Below are positions 25,257 to 33,396 of a DNA stretch of 39,692 nucleotides, one piece after another. How positions within the stretch are numbered: the first letter of the stretch is position 1; every line of letters begins with the position of its first letter. This stretch comes from a virus. The DNA is taken from the IMG/VR virus record IMGVR_UViG_3300045988_124394; one strand, 5' to 3'. Made by a program: the position numbers and the translations under genes. Below the pieces are notes generated by a model, which was not told the DNA's origin, did no database searches, and saw nothing but the letters and a program-made list of their open reading frames with translations.

Positions 25257-28214
25257 ATGCAGACAGAAAATACATATGTTGAAACCGATTTGGGCAATAT
25301 TGCACTAAATCCCAGAGGCGAGTATTCGGGTGAGGCATCGTATGAGCATTTAGATACCGTTTCGTATATGGGCGGCTCATATGTGTGTCTTGCAGAACTG
25401 ACAAAAACCATCAGCGGAATTGCGCCGGCGCAAGGCGAAAACACAGAGCATTGGCAGATGCTGACTCTACCGGGGCAGTTAACCCCGGAAGCGGTCGCAA
25501 TGCATGATGATGTAGTTAACAAGGCAAAGCAGGTCGAAACATCCAGAGCCGCTGTAGAACTGTCCCAACAGGAGGTTGAGGCAGCACAGGCAGATGTGAC
25601 CCAGATGCGGCAAGATACGCAAGAAGCATCCGAGGAGGCTATTGCAAGCCGGGACAGTGCGGCAGGGTATGCACAGTCAGCAGAAGCCTCCAGAACGGCG
25701 GCAGCGGAATCTGAACAGAATATCAACGCGCAGGTAGCTGGCTTTGATACACATGTTGCGAAGAAAACATCTGAGGCAGAGTCAGCGATTACAGAAGCAA
25801 GACGGGCGGCAGTCAGCGCTGTATCTACAAAACAGGATAATGCCACGCAGGCTGTGACGGATGAAGGCGATAAGCAGATAAAAAAAGTAGAGGACGCCGG
25901 AACAGAGCAGGTTGGCAAGGCCAAAAGTGCAGGGGCAAGTGCAGTGAGTGCGGCAGGTGCCGCTGGAATGTCAGCGGTTAATGCAGTCAAAGCACAGCAA
26001 ACTGCATCCATTAAAGCGGTCGCGGACGAGGGAACGCAACAGGTGACGGCTGTCAATACTGCAGGAAGTACACAGGTATCTACAATAGAGACTAAAGGTG
26101 CAGATCGGGTCAAAGCAATACAAGAAGCTGGTAAAAATGCTTTGCAAAACATCAGTAATGGTGTAGATAAGGGTTTATCAGAAGAAGGTAAAGCTGCAGA
26201 TGCAAAGGCGACAGGAGAGGCGATAAGTAAGCTAACGGAAGATTTAGATAATGTATATAACACTACTGAATTAACACCTGTACCAACGAATAAGATTACA
26301 CCAACAGAAATATTAGATAAATCAGTATATTATAATTCGACATATGGATTATTAGGATTTACAAATAATGGAGATAATCTTAAATGTAATATATATCCTA
26401 TAATAAAGGGCAAATCTTATTATTTGATAGGAAATGGTAAAAACCATGAGGGTTGTCCGGTTGCAATCTTTGCTGAATCATACGTTAGTGACGGTACTAC
26501 AAAATATAAAGAAGTCGTATCTGGAGAATCTGAAAAGTTGCATAATATTAAAAAGTTCTTTAAAGCCTCATATGATGGATATATATACATTAATTGTATA
26601 AATGAATTAGATGGATTATTTAATGTAGAGTATGTATCGAATATACAAAAAATAAATAATAGTTTAAAAAATGAATTAGATTGTAAATTATCGCTATATG
26701 GTGAATTTCAATTAGTCGAATCGACAATTATTAATAATAAAGTTTTTAATATAAATAAGCTAACTGAGCAGAATCAATCCGATGGCTGTTATATGCGTGA
26801 AAAAATCAACAATGATGATGATATTATACGAGTATCTGGATATTCATATTCGAGTAATATCAGTTATCCACTGATTGCATTTTTTGATGAGTACGACAAT
26901 ATAATTGAATATTATGGCGACGCTAGTACATTGTATTCAGATAAAATATTTAAGATTCCTTACAGAACAAATTACATAATTGTCAATGGAAAAACGTCTA
27001 ATATTAAAGTTGAAAAATTTATTCTTAAAAACAATTTAACCGAAACGGTAGAGTCTCTTAAAAAACAAACAACGTTTGCTAATATAAAATCAGTTGAAAA
27101 GCAAAATGAAAAATACGAGATAAAGAATATTAAGATAAGTGATTTTGAAATAATTCAAAACAAGTTGTATACGTTTACAGCTAAAATGGATGAATCTGAT
27201 AGATATAGTACAGTCTTGTTGAAATTTAATTTAGAATTAAATAGTATCAAAATTTTATATGGAGCAGGTGTTTATGGTGGTGCATTTTTAGATAAAGATA
27301 AAAAATACATTTCTTCAATTAACGCAGGCACTTTAGATGTTGTAGTTACAGTACCACAAGATACTACATATATTGCATACACTTACAGTAATGGAATGAC
27401 TGATTTTGAAATTGGGGTATTATATAATATCTATGAATCTAAACAGTTCACGGTACCGGGTATTTCACATTTCTTAAATCCATGGGAAAATAAGAAAATA
27501 GTATTACTAGGTACATCTGTTGGATTTGGATCTAATGCAACTACTTCATATATATATGAAGCATCAAAATATCTTGGATTTAACTTTGTAAATACGTCTG
27601 TTCCAGGGTTAGCAATCCATACGGAATCAGATGGTCGTCCGTTAATATATGGTTCAAGCTCATTGAGTGTTTCGGAATATGCTAGCAATGGGAAGATTCT
27701 ATCTACAGCTCCAGTTGATTATGTACCAGGAGGAAAGTATAACACGTATTATCAATCATACGAACGTATATTTACTGACAAAAATGCAGATGCAGATTTA
27801 TGGTTGTATGCAGTCGCACCGAATAATGATAATTTTGATCTTAAAGATTGGAATGATTTTAACAAATCATCGTGGAAATATAATGACGAGAGTGGATTTG
27901 ACGAACACAGGACTACTTTCATAGGAGCATTATTATTCTTAATGAATAAAATGTACGAACTTAATCCGAATGCTCGCATGGCGTTCGTGTTAGATAGTGC
28001 TTTTGCCTACGGTGATTCACAAGGCGGTGGAAACATAAAGACTGTGGCGAATTATTGGGGAATACCTGTAATTGATTTATGGGGAAAAATTAACAGGTCA
28101 CCGAAATCTCTTGAAGTTATCAAAAGCAAAAATGGTACGGACAGTCACCCATCAACGTTCGGTCACGAGAAAATGGGCATGATGATGGTCGGAGAATTGT
28201 TGCGGATTGGTTAA
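25257..28214 (+). CDS. Tail fibre / receptor-binding protein with C-terminal SGNH (GDSL-like) esterase domain
   Basis: Ala-rich coiled-coil repeats at aa 90-330. The C-terminus carries SGNH blocks LLGTSVGFG (I), AVAPNNDN (III) and GTDSHPSTFGH (V). Confidence 0.8.
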   Translation: MQTENTYVETDLGNIALNPRGEYSGEASYEHLDTVSYMGGSYVCLAELTKTISGIAPAQGENTEHWQMLTLPGQLTPEAVAMHDDVVNKAKQVETSRAAVELSQQEVEAAQADVTQMRQDTQEASEEAIASRDSAAGYAQSAEASRTAAAESEQNINAQVAGFDTHVAKKTSEAESAITEARRAAVSAVSTKQDNATQAVTDEGDKQIKKVEDAGTEQVGKAKSAGASAVSAAGAAGMSAVNAVKAQQTASIKAVADEGTQQVTAVNTAGSTQVSTIETKGADRVKAIQEAGKNALQNISNGVDKGLSEEGKAADAKATGEAISKLTEDLDNVYNTTELTPVPTNKITPTEILDKSVYYNSTYGLLGFTNNGDNLKCNIYPIIKGKSYYLIGNGKNHEGCPVAIFAESYVSDGTTKYKEVVSGESEKLHNIKKFFKASYDGYIYINCINELDGLFNVEYVSNIQKINNSLKNELDCKLSLYGEFQLVESTIINNKVFNINKLTEQNQSDGCYMREKINNDDDIIRVSGYSYSSNISYPLIAFFDEYDNIIEYYGDASTLYSDKIFKIPYRTNYIIVNGKTSNIKVEKFILKNNLTETVESLKKQTTFANIKSVEKQNEKYEIKNIKISDFEIIQNKLYTFTAKMDESDRYSTVLLKFNLELNSIKILYGAGVYGGAFLDKDKKYISSINAGTLDVVVTVPQDTTYIAYTYSNGMTDFEIGVLYNIYESKQFTVPGISHFLNPWENKKIVLLGTSVGFGSNATTSYIYEASKYLGFNFVNTSVPGLAIHTESDGRPLIYGSSSLSVSEYASNGKILSTAPVDYVPGGKYNTYYQSYERIFTDKNADADLWLYAVAPNNDNFDLKDWNDFNKSSWKYNDESGFDEHRTTFIGALLFLMNKMYELNPNARMAFVLDSAFAYGDSQGGGNIKTVANYWGIPVIDLWGKINRSPKSLEVIKSKNGTDSHPSTFGHEKMGMMMVGELLRIG

Positions 28215-28225
28215 CTAATGAGGGC

Positions 28226-28255
28226 TTAAGATCACTTATATATAAGTGATCTTAA
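28226..28255. repeat. Perfect 30-bp palindrome at the tail-fibre / Abi boundary
   Basis: TTAAGATCACTTATA|TATAAGTGATCTTAA, 12 nt after the tail fibre stop. Confidence 0.9.
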
Positions 28256-28411
28256 ATCACAGAAATATAAACTGCAAAAACCTGTAGAAGGAACTATATA
28301 TGCAGAAGTATTAAATTTCATAGATGCCTTAGGCATGTCGTTTCTTACGGTATTATTTGCTATCGAGGTGCATTATTTTATTCTAGAGATGAGAACATTG
28401 AGATTAGAGAC

Positions 28412-29182
28412 TTATGGATTAAGGACACATATATTGTAAAAAAGGGTAGATAAATCTGAAGGTTTTATGTATCGGTTGTCATACTCAAGACTTTCACCAG
28501 AATTAAGAGATATACTACTTTGCTGCTCTAATTCCTGAAACAGAGGGTTTTGCTTGACATGGTCATATGCTTGTGTATTAGAATAGTACTCTCCGTATGG
28601 AATTTCAATTAAACCTAAACGCAATAAATTATCTATAGACGCTGCACATTGCTTGATAGAGAAATCGCTTATCCAAGAGCAGTGAGATTGAATAAGTAAA
28701 GAACCACCTCCTGGAAACTCCTTTTTCAAATCGATAATAGGTCGGGGTCGAGAAGACATTATTATCTGAAATATATGGGCATCTATTGGCGACATTTGCT
28801 TGATTATTTCAACAAATGAAGGGTGAACAGTATCTTTTGTATCACTAATCATAGATTTTGCAAGGAGATTAGCATATAGATTACGTAATTCATCACTATT
28901 CATAGCATAGGAAATAGCTTGTATTGCGGGAATTGCAACGTATGGTTCTGGCTCAACGATTTTATCAGGGTCGACTTTATTGAGTTTTTCAGTAAGTAAT
29001 TTTTTTGTTTCATCAACGCTGTATTCTCTATTTAGGATCCATTTGTCGAGTCCAGAAAAAGCCGCATTAATAGCCCGTGGTATTCGAGCAAGCATTTTAC
29101 CTGTTTCTTGTGCAGAAGGTTGGAGTGTATCGTGGTATAATTCAGGAACTGTTTTGAGTGCTTTCCCAAGTTCGTTTTTCAT
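28412..29182 (-). CDS. Abi-alpha (DUF4393)-like abortive-infection protein
   Basis: ..AIPAIQAISYAMNSDELRNLYANLLAKSMISDTKDTVHPSFVEIIKQMSPIDAHIF.. matches the Abi_alpha core as I know it. ATG 29182 lies behind GAAAGGA. It is antisense to all flanking late genes. Confidence 0.65.
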   Translation of the reverse strand: MKNELGKALKTVPELYHDTLQPSAQETGKMLARIPRAINAAFSGLDKWILNREYSVDETKKLLTEKLNKVDPDKIVEPEPYVAIPAIQAISYAMNSDELRNLYANLLAKSMISDTKDTVHPSFVEIIKQMSPIDAHIFQIIMSSRPRPIIDLKKEFPGGGSLLIQSHCSWISDFSIKQCAASIDNLLRLGLIEIPYGEYYSNTQAYDHVKQNPLFQELEQQSSISLNSGESLEYDNRYIKPSDLSTLFYNICVLNP

Positions 29183-29215
29183 AAAAATTTGTCCTTTCAA
29201 AATATTTTTGATTAC

Positions 29216-29243
29216 ATTATACAAAAAAATAAAATAATATCAA
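29216..29243 (-). promoter_or_regulatory. Near-consensus promoter for the Abi-alpha gene
   Basis: Minus strand reads TTGATA, 16 nt, TGTATAAT (extended -10), about 35 nt upstream of the ATG. Confidence 0.6.
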
Positions 29244-29265
29244 TAGATAAAAGGTGGTAGACAGT

Positions 29266-29502
29266 ATGTTTAAAGCGATAATGTGTTTTTCAGTAAGAGA
29301 AAAAGTGAAAGTATTAGGAGGAGGGAGTACCTTAGATATATTGACACTTACAACAGCGATATGTAAAGCAGTAGCTGAGAGGATAGAAAAAGAAAAAAAT
29401 ATAAAATATGAAGACGCTATAAAGTTTGTAATAAGTAGCATTAATGAGACATGTACCGAATTAGAAAACACGAAAAATGATCATAAGAAATATATCGTAT
29501 AA
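29266..29502 (+). CDS. Hypothetical small protein divergent from the Abi-alpha gene
   Basis: ATG 29266 lies 8 nt after AAAGGTGG. 78 aa. Followed by a hairpin plus T-run. Confidence 0.5.
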   Translation: MFKAIMCFSVREKVKVLGGGSTLDILTLTTAICKAVAERIEKEKNIKYEDAIKFVISSINETCTELENTKNDHKKYIV

Positions 29503-29507
29503 AGGAA

Positions 29508-29535
29508 AACAGCCCCTTTAGGAGCTGCTTTTTAA
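29508..29535 (+). terminator. Imperfect rho-independent terminator
   Basis: CAGCCCC-ttta-GGAGCTG (one mismatch) followed by CTTTTT. Confidence 0.5.
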
Positions 29536-29660
29536 AATATGAAAAAAATCATGACCTTGAAAGGCAGGTCAATGATGTTATCATAACATATTTTGTGTAA
29601 TACACAATGGTATTTTTTAATACTGTTGTGTATTTTTTTATTCTCAAGGAGGTGAGAAAA

Positions 29661-30194
29661 GTGAGAATAGTAGCAACAAAAAACAGGAAAAGAAAAAAGA
29701 AATTCCCATGGCGAATCGCACTAGACAACGGAAGACAGATTCCGGTGCCATCACAGTATAATTTCAAATCTTCGTTCATCCGCACACACGGATGCAGTCT
29801 CGTAGCGTTTTATATGGCACTGCGATACAAAGGCATCAAGAAAAATATGCAGCAGGTGCTACAGTATGCCCGAAGGAAATTGAAATGCGGCGCAAAGTAT
29901 CCGCTCACAGAAATTGCGAGGGGAATCAATATGATCTGCCCAGGGAAGCCGGCATCCTATCACAAGTCTTTGACGACCGAACAATTAAAGGCAAAATTAA
30001 AGAAAGGCTATATGATCCTGTTTGAAGAAGGAAACCCGATCCACACGGTTGTCTTGTTGAGAGATTCAAAATCGGGAAAAATTTGGAGGTTTTCTGACGG
30101 TCACAAGAACGTAACGACAGTTGCAAAGGAGAATGCAAAGAAATGTACAAACGAGAAGTACAGGGGAATAATTGTAGTGAAGCGAGGAAGATAG
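29661..30194 (+). CDS. Papain-like cysteine peptidase (C39/CHAP-like) at the head of the lysis cassette
   Basis: GTG 29661 lies 4 nt after AAGGAGGTGA. Basic N-terminus. ..THGCSLVAFYMAL.. (Cys) and ..NPIHTVVLL.. (His) are spaced as in C39-like peptidases. Confidence 0.5.
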   Translation: MRIVATKNRKRKKKFPWRIALDNGRQIPVPSQYNFKSSFIRTHGCSLVAFYMALRYKGIKKNMQQVLQYARRKLKCGAKYPLTEIARGINMICPGKPASYHKSLTTEQLKAKLKKGYMILFEEGNPIHTVVLLRDSKSGKIWRFSDGHKNVTTVAKENAKKCTNEKYRGIIVVKRGR

Positions 30195-30196
30195 CT

Positions 30197-30475
30197 GTGT
30201 GTATAGATGCAAATACAATCATTACCGCCGGGGCGCTGCTCGGAGCAACAACGGCAATTGCCGGAGTCGCCTTTAGTGCGTACCGCTGGTATTTAAAGCA
30301 GAATAAACAGGACGAGGAAATCGAAAGGATGAAAGGCGAACAGTGCTTATTGACCTATGGCATTCTCGCTTGTTTGAAGGGGCTGAAGGAGCAGGGGTGT
30401 AATGGCCCTGTCACAGAAGCGATTGACAAAATCGAGAAACATATTAATAAACAGGCACACGATCAGGAGGATTAA
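30197..30475 (+). CDS. Lysis-cassette membrane protein (single N-terminal TM, helical C-terminus)
   Basis: GTG 30197 lies 6 nt after GAGGAAG. TM segment IITAGALLGATTAIAGVAFSAY. Confidence 0.5.
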   Translation: MCIDANTIITAGALLGATTAIAGVAFSAYRWYLKQNKQDEEIERMKGEQCLLTYGILACLKGLKEQGCNGPVTEAIDKIEKHINKQAHDQED

Positions 30476-30477
30476 TT

Positions 30478-30687
30478 ATGATGAATATTAATGCAAAAAC
30501 AAAAAAATGGTTAAAATGTGCAGGAGTAAGAGCGGTAAAGACGGCAGCACAGACTGCAGTCGCATTGATTCCGGCGGCAGTATCCATTAACGCTGTTGAT
30601 TGGACAACAGTGATCGGCACAGCGGCACTTGCAGGAGTAGTAAGCTTATTAACCAGCATCGCTGGACTTCCGGAATGTAAGGAGTAA
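30478..30687 (+). CDS. Holin
   Basis: 69 aa with two TM segments. ..RAVKTAAQTAVALIP.. and ..LLTSIAGLPE.. are typical Firmicutes phage holin motifs. Directly upstream of the lysozyme. Confidence 0.7.
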   Translation: MMNINAKTKKWLKCAGVRAVKTAAQTAVALIPAAVSINAVDWTTVIGTAALAGVVSLLTSIAGLPECKE

Positions 30688-30691
30688 TAAA

Positions 30692-31309
30692 ATGAAGAAA
30701 ATCAGTAATAAATGCTTGGATTTGGTAAAAGAATTTGAAGGCTGCAAATTGACGGCATATCGCGATGAAGTGGGAGTTTGGACTATCGGGTATGGAATTA
30801 CAAATGCTGATAGAAGCATCACAGGAAAATCAATCCATAAAGGCATGAAAATCTCTAAAGAGACAGCGGAAAAATGGTTAAGTAAAGCTCTTACCAAAAA
30901 ATATCTTCCGCTTGTTTTAAAATATGACAAGCAGTACGACTTTAATCAGAATGAGATTGATGCATTAGTAAGTTTTGCCTATAACATCGGCTCTATTAAA
31001 CAGCTCACAGCAAACGGTACTCGTTCCAGGGCTACGATTGCGAGCAAGATGCTACAATATAACAAAGCAGGAGGTAGAGTTTACAATGGACTCACCAGAA
31101 GGAGAAAAGCAGAGAGAACATTGTTTCTCACAAAGGTAAAAGAAACACCTAAAAAAGAGACGGTAAAAAAGAAATCAAATGAAACAATTGCTAAAGAAGT
31201 TCTGGCCGGAAAATGGGGTTCTGGAAAAGAGCGTAAAAAGAAATTAAAAGCAGCAGGGTATAACTATGCTGCTATACAGAAAATTGTAAATAAGTTGTGT
31301 AAAAAATAA
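30692..31309 (+). CDS. Endolysin: GH24 phage lysozyme with C-terminal CW_7 (Cpl-7-like) wall-binding repeat
   Basis: ..LVKEFEGCKLTAYRDEVGVWTIGYG.. is the GH24 catalytic signature. C-terminal ..LAGKWGSGKERKKKLKAAGYNYAAIQKIVNKL is CW_7-like. Confidence 0.9.
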   Translation: MKKISNKCLDLVKEFEGCKLTAYRDEVGVWTIGYGITNADRSITGKSIHKGMKISKETAEKWLSKALTKKYLPLVLKYDKQYDFNQNEIDALVSFAYNIGSIKQLTANGTRSRATIASKMLQYNKAGGRVYNGLTRRRKAERTLFLTKVKETPKKETVKKKSNETIAKEVLAGKWGSGKERKKKLKAAGYNYAAIQKIVNKLCKK

Positions 31310-31371
31310 TCCGGCACCCATAACAGATACCGGAAAAAAGATTATACCATAGCATTTTTATATTTTTTTGA

Positions 31372-31391
31372 GGGGCAAAAAAGGGGCAGAA
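31372..31391 (+). repeat. Direct repeat GGGGCAAAAAAGGGGCAGAA (copy 1) in the att region
   Basis: Near-identical to 31592..31610. Each copy contains GGGGCA twice. Confidence 0.85.
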
Positions 31392-31516
31392 TATGAAATT
31401 ATATGACTTAATTAACATAAGTTTACCCTATAAAAGAACTTGTATTTAAGCCATTTTTAAACCATATGTAATTTTTTTTGCAAAATAAGCAAAAAAATGT
31501 TTTTTTATTCGTAACA

Positions 31517-31588
31517 TCCATATATTGCAGGCTGAAATCCGCATAAACAGTAGATATTAGCGATTCTGTGGAATCTGCAATATATGGA
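31517..31588. repeat. 14-bp inverted repeat pair in the att region
   Basis: TCCATATATTGCAG (31517-31530) and CTGCAATATATGGA (31575-31588). Confidence 0.85.
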
Positions 31589-31591
31589 AAA

Positions 31592-31610
31592 GGGGCAAAA
31601 AGGGGCAGAA
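31592..31610 (+). repeat. Direct repeat GGGGCAAAAAGGGGCAGAA (copy 2), 8 nt from the integrase stop
   Basis: See copy 1. Confidence 0.85.
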
Positions 31611-31617
31611 ATGGTTT

Positions 31618-32718
31618 TTAAAGAATTTTAATGCTCTGTATCTGCTGGTTGTCCCTCTCTCGCATTTTCTTCGTGACGTGAAGATATATCTTTTTAGTAA
31701 TATGAGAATCTTCATGTCCGAGACGGCGGGAGATTGTTTCGATGTCTACACCCTGTTCCGCCAAAAGAGACGTATGGGTGTGACGAAGGGTGTGAGGGGT
31801 GATCGTGCGCCCTAATGCCTTTTTAGATACCTGGTTTAACTGGTAACGATAGGTAGGATAGGCCAGAGGGTTTCCCTCCTGCTGAAAAACCAGATCATTT
31901 CCGTAAATGAGCTTATTTGCGAGCGCACATTTTTTCAGTTCTTTCGCTAGAGCAAATAACTCATCCTGAATGTATACACGTCTCTTCGAAGAGCGTGTTT
32001 TTGGTGAACTGCTAAGTTTGTTTATGTAATCATAATTAGTAGAAATGATAATATAGCGGTTCTTCAGATCAATATCATTTGCTGTAAGCGAAAGAGCTTC
32101 TCCAATTCTGGCACCGGTAAGGACCAGGAAGCGGGTAAGCGTTCGCCATGGTTCTTTTTTCATTTCCTTAAGAAGTTTTGCAACTTCGTCAGATTCAAGA
32201 TATTTTTGTTCAATGTCTTCATCGGTACCTTCAAAAGGAGATTTCTTTTCCAATTTGTCTAGGTAAGACTTATCTTCGATGTAGTCATTTTTAAATCCCC
32301 AAATTATCATTCTTTTAAATACAGAGATTCGTCCGGCAGCAAGTTCAAGATCTTCGCCAGGATCAACAATATGTTCCCTGACATAACGGGCAGTAAGTTT
32401 GTTTGCAATACAATCTGCTCCTAACATTTCCACAACCTTATGACTGTTTCTTTTCTCAGAGATATAAGAACTCTCCTTCCAGCGTCTTCTTTTGTCGGTT
32501 AGCCATTTTTCTCTGAGTTCGGCAAGAGTGATATTAGAAACAGTCCTTGCATCCAGTAAGGCATCTATTTTTGTAAGAAGTGCCCTCTGCGCAGACTTTC
32601 TGGCTTGTGCGGTATTCTTCTCTGTTGTGATAGAAACTTTCTTTTCCTTGCCTGTTATCGGGTCTGTGTAGCGTTCTACGTGTTTGAATTTACCATTCTT
32701 TGTTTTCTCAGTCCACAT
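31618..32718 (-). CDS. int: Tyrosine site-specific integrase
   Basis: C-terminal ..TPHTLRHTHTSLLAEQGV..ISRRLGHEDSHITKKIYLH.. carries the R..H-x-x-R..Y catalytic motifs. N-terminal MWTEKTKNGKFKH.. is an arm-binding-type domain. The ATG at 32718 has the best spacing to GAAAGGA; the track ORF extends to 32727. Confidence 0.9.
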   Translation of the reverse strand: MWTEKTKNGKFKHVERYTDPITGKEKKVSITTEKNTAQARKSAQRALLTKIDALLDARTVSNITLAELREKWLTDKRRRWKESSYISEKRNSHKVVEMLGADCIANKLTARYVREHIVDPGEDLELAAGRISVFKRMIIWGFKNDYIEDKSYLDKLEKKSPFEGTDEDIEQKYLESDEVAKLLKEMKKEPWRTLTRFLVLTGARIGEALSLTANDIDLKNRYIIISTNYDYINKLSSSPKTRSSKRRVYIQDELFALAKELKKCALANKLIYGNDLVFQQEGNPLAYPTYRYQLNQVSKKALGRTITPHTLRHTHTSLLAEQGVDIETISRRLGHEDSHITKKIYLHVTKKMRERDNQQIQSIKIL

Positions 32719-32772
32719 ATACATCATCCTTTCGTAAAAATGGGTATAAAAAATACACCCTGTTAAAAAATC

Positions 32773-32823
32773 GGATGCTGTGGTATAATCTAATTGTTGA
32801 GGTTAGGTTATACGTCAGCATCC
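32773..32823 (-). terminator. Long composite hairpin followed by a U-run on the minus strand, inside the int leader
   Basis: GGATGCTG..GTATAA..TCTAA / TTAGG..TTATAC..CAGCATCC (about 19 bp with a 2x2 internal loop). The minus strand continues GATTTTTT. Confidence 0.45.
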
Positions 32824-32847
32824 ATGTTGACAGGTAATCTATGAGAA

Positions 32848-32880
32848 AGTCCGGTGTTACCAGCACTGGACTTTTTATTT
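32848..32880. terminator. Hairpin with A-run and T-run on either side (bidirectional terminator candidate)
   Basis: AGTCCGGTG-ttaccag-CACTGGACT, then TTTTT on the + strand. The minus strand has a weaker TTCTC tract. Confidence 0.5.
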
Positions 32881-32904
32881 AATTTTTGAATTGTGCCGGC
32901 ACAA

Positions 32905-33396
32905 TTAATTTTGTTGCGGTATAGGCTTTTTCATCAAAGCAAAAGCAATAAAACATAAAACAGATTGTATCATTACAAAATAGCAGTAAAGAGGAAACAG
33001 TACAGCAGAAACAGCATAAAGGATAGCCGCTGTTAAAGTTAGTCCTCTGCGGTATGCAAATAAAGCAGCAAAATTGAAAATTGTCGCGATAATTGCAACG
33101 ATAACATGGGGAACAACTAGAAAAGTTGCAATACCAGCACCAACTTTTTCAAATCCGGATGTACCACTCGTAGCGGTACTCCAATAAATAATACTATATA
33201 AAGAATATGCAAATCCCATAAGGTGAGAGATGAATAAACAAACCATAGCAGGCATATTACGTTTACCATCCGCATTTGTGTGGGAAGTTTTTTTCACAAT
33301 TTGTTTCTTATGTTCTACTGGACAGCCACAGTTTGGACAAGCTACGGCCCTGTCCGATATTTCCTTTCCACATTCTTCACATTTAATAAGTGCCAT
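32905..33396 (-). CDS. Zinc-ribbon plus four-TM membrane protein
   Basis: MALIKCEECGKEISDRAVACPNCGCP (CxxC..CxxC), then four hydrophobic segments. SD AAGGAGGAAAG lies inside the upstream gene. 14-nt overlap. Confidence 0.7.
   Translation of the reverse strand: MALIKCEECGKEISDRAVACPNCGCPVEHKKQIVKKTSHTNADGKRNMPAMVCLFISHLMGFAYSLYSIIYWSTATSGTSGFEKVGAGIATFLVVPHVIVAIIATIFNFAALFAYRRGLTLTAAILYAVSAVLFPLYCYFVMIQSVLCFIAFALMKKPIPQQN

Noticed and set aside
25043-26263. 406-aa minus-strand ORF antisense to the tail fibre gene
   Set aside because: It lies entirely opposite the GC-rich Ala-repeat shaft, where the antisense frame is stop-poor by composition. The product is low-complexity (Ala/Ser/Cys/Thr). 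It has no SD or promoter, and the sense frame has clear fibre-like repeats.
31393-31449. Mini-ORFs (18 and 6 codons) starting right after each GGGGCAGAA repeat in the att region
   Set aside because: The GGGG tracts mimic SDs, but the peptides are tiny and unrelated to each other. The repeats are better explained as recombinase binding sites.
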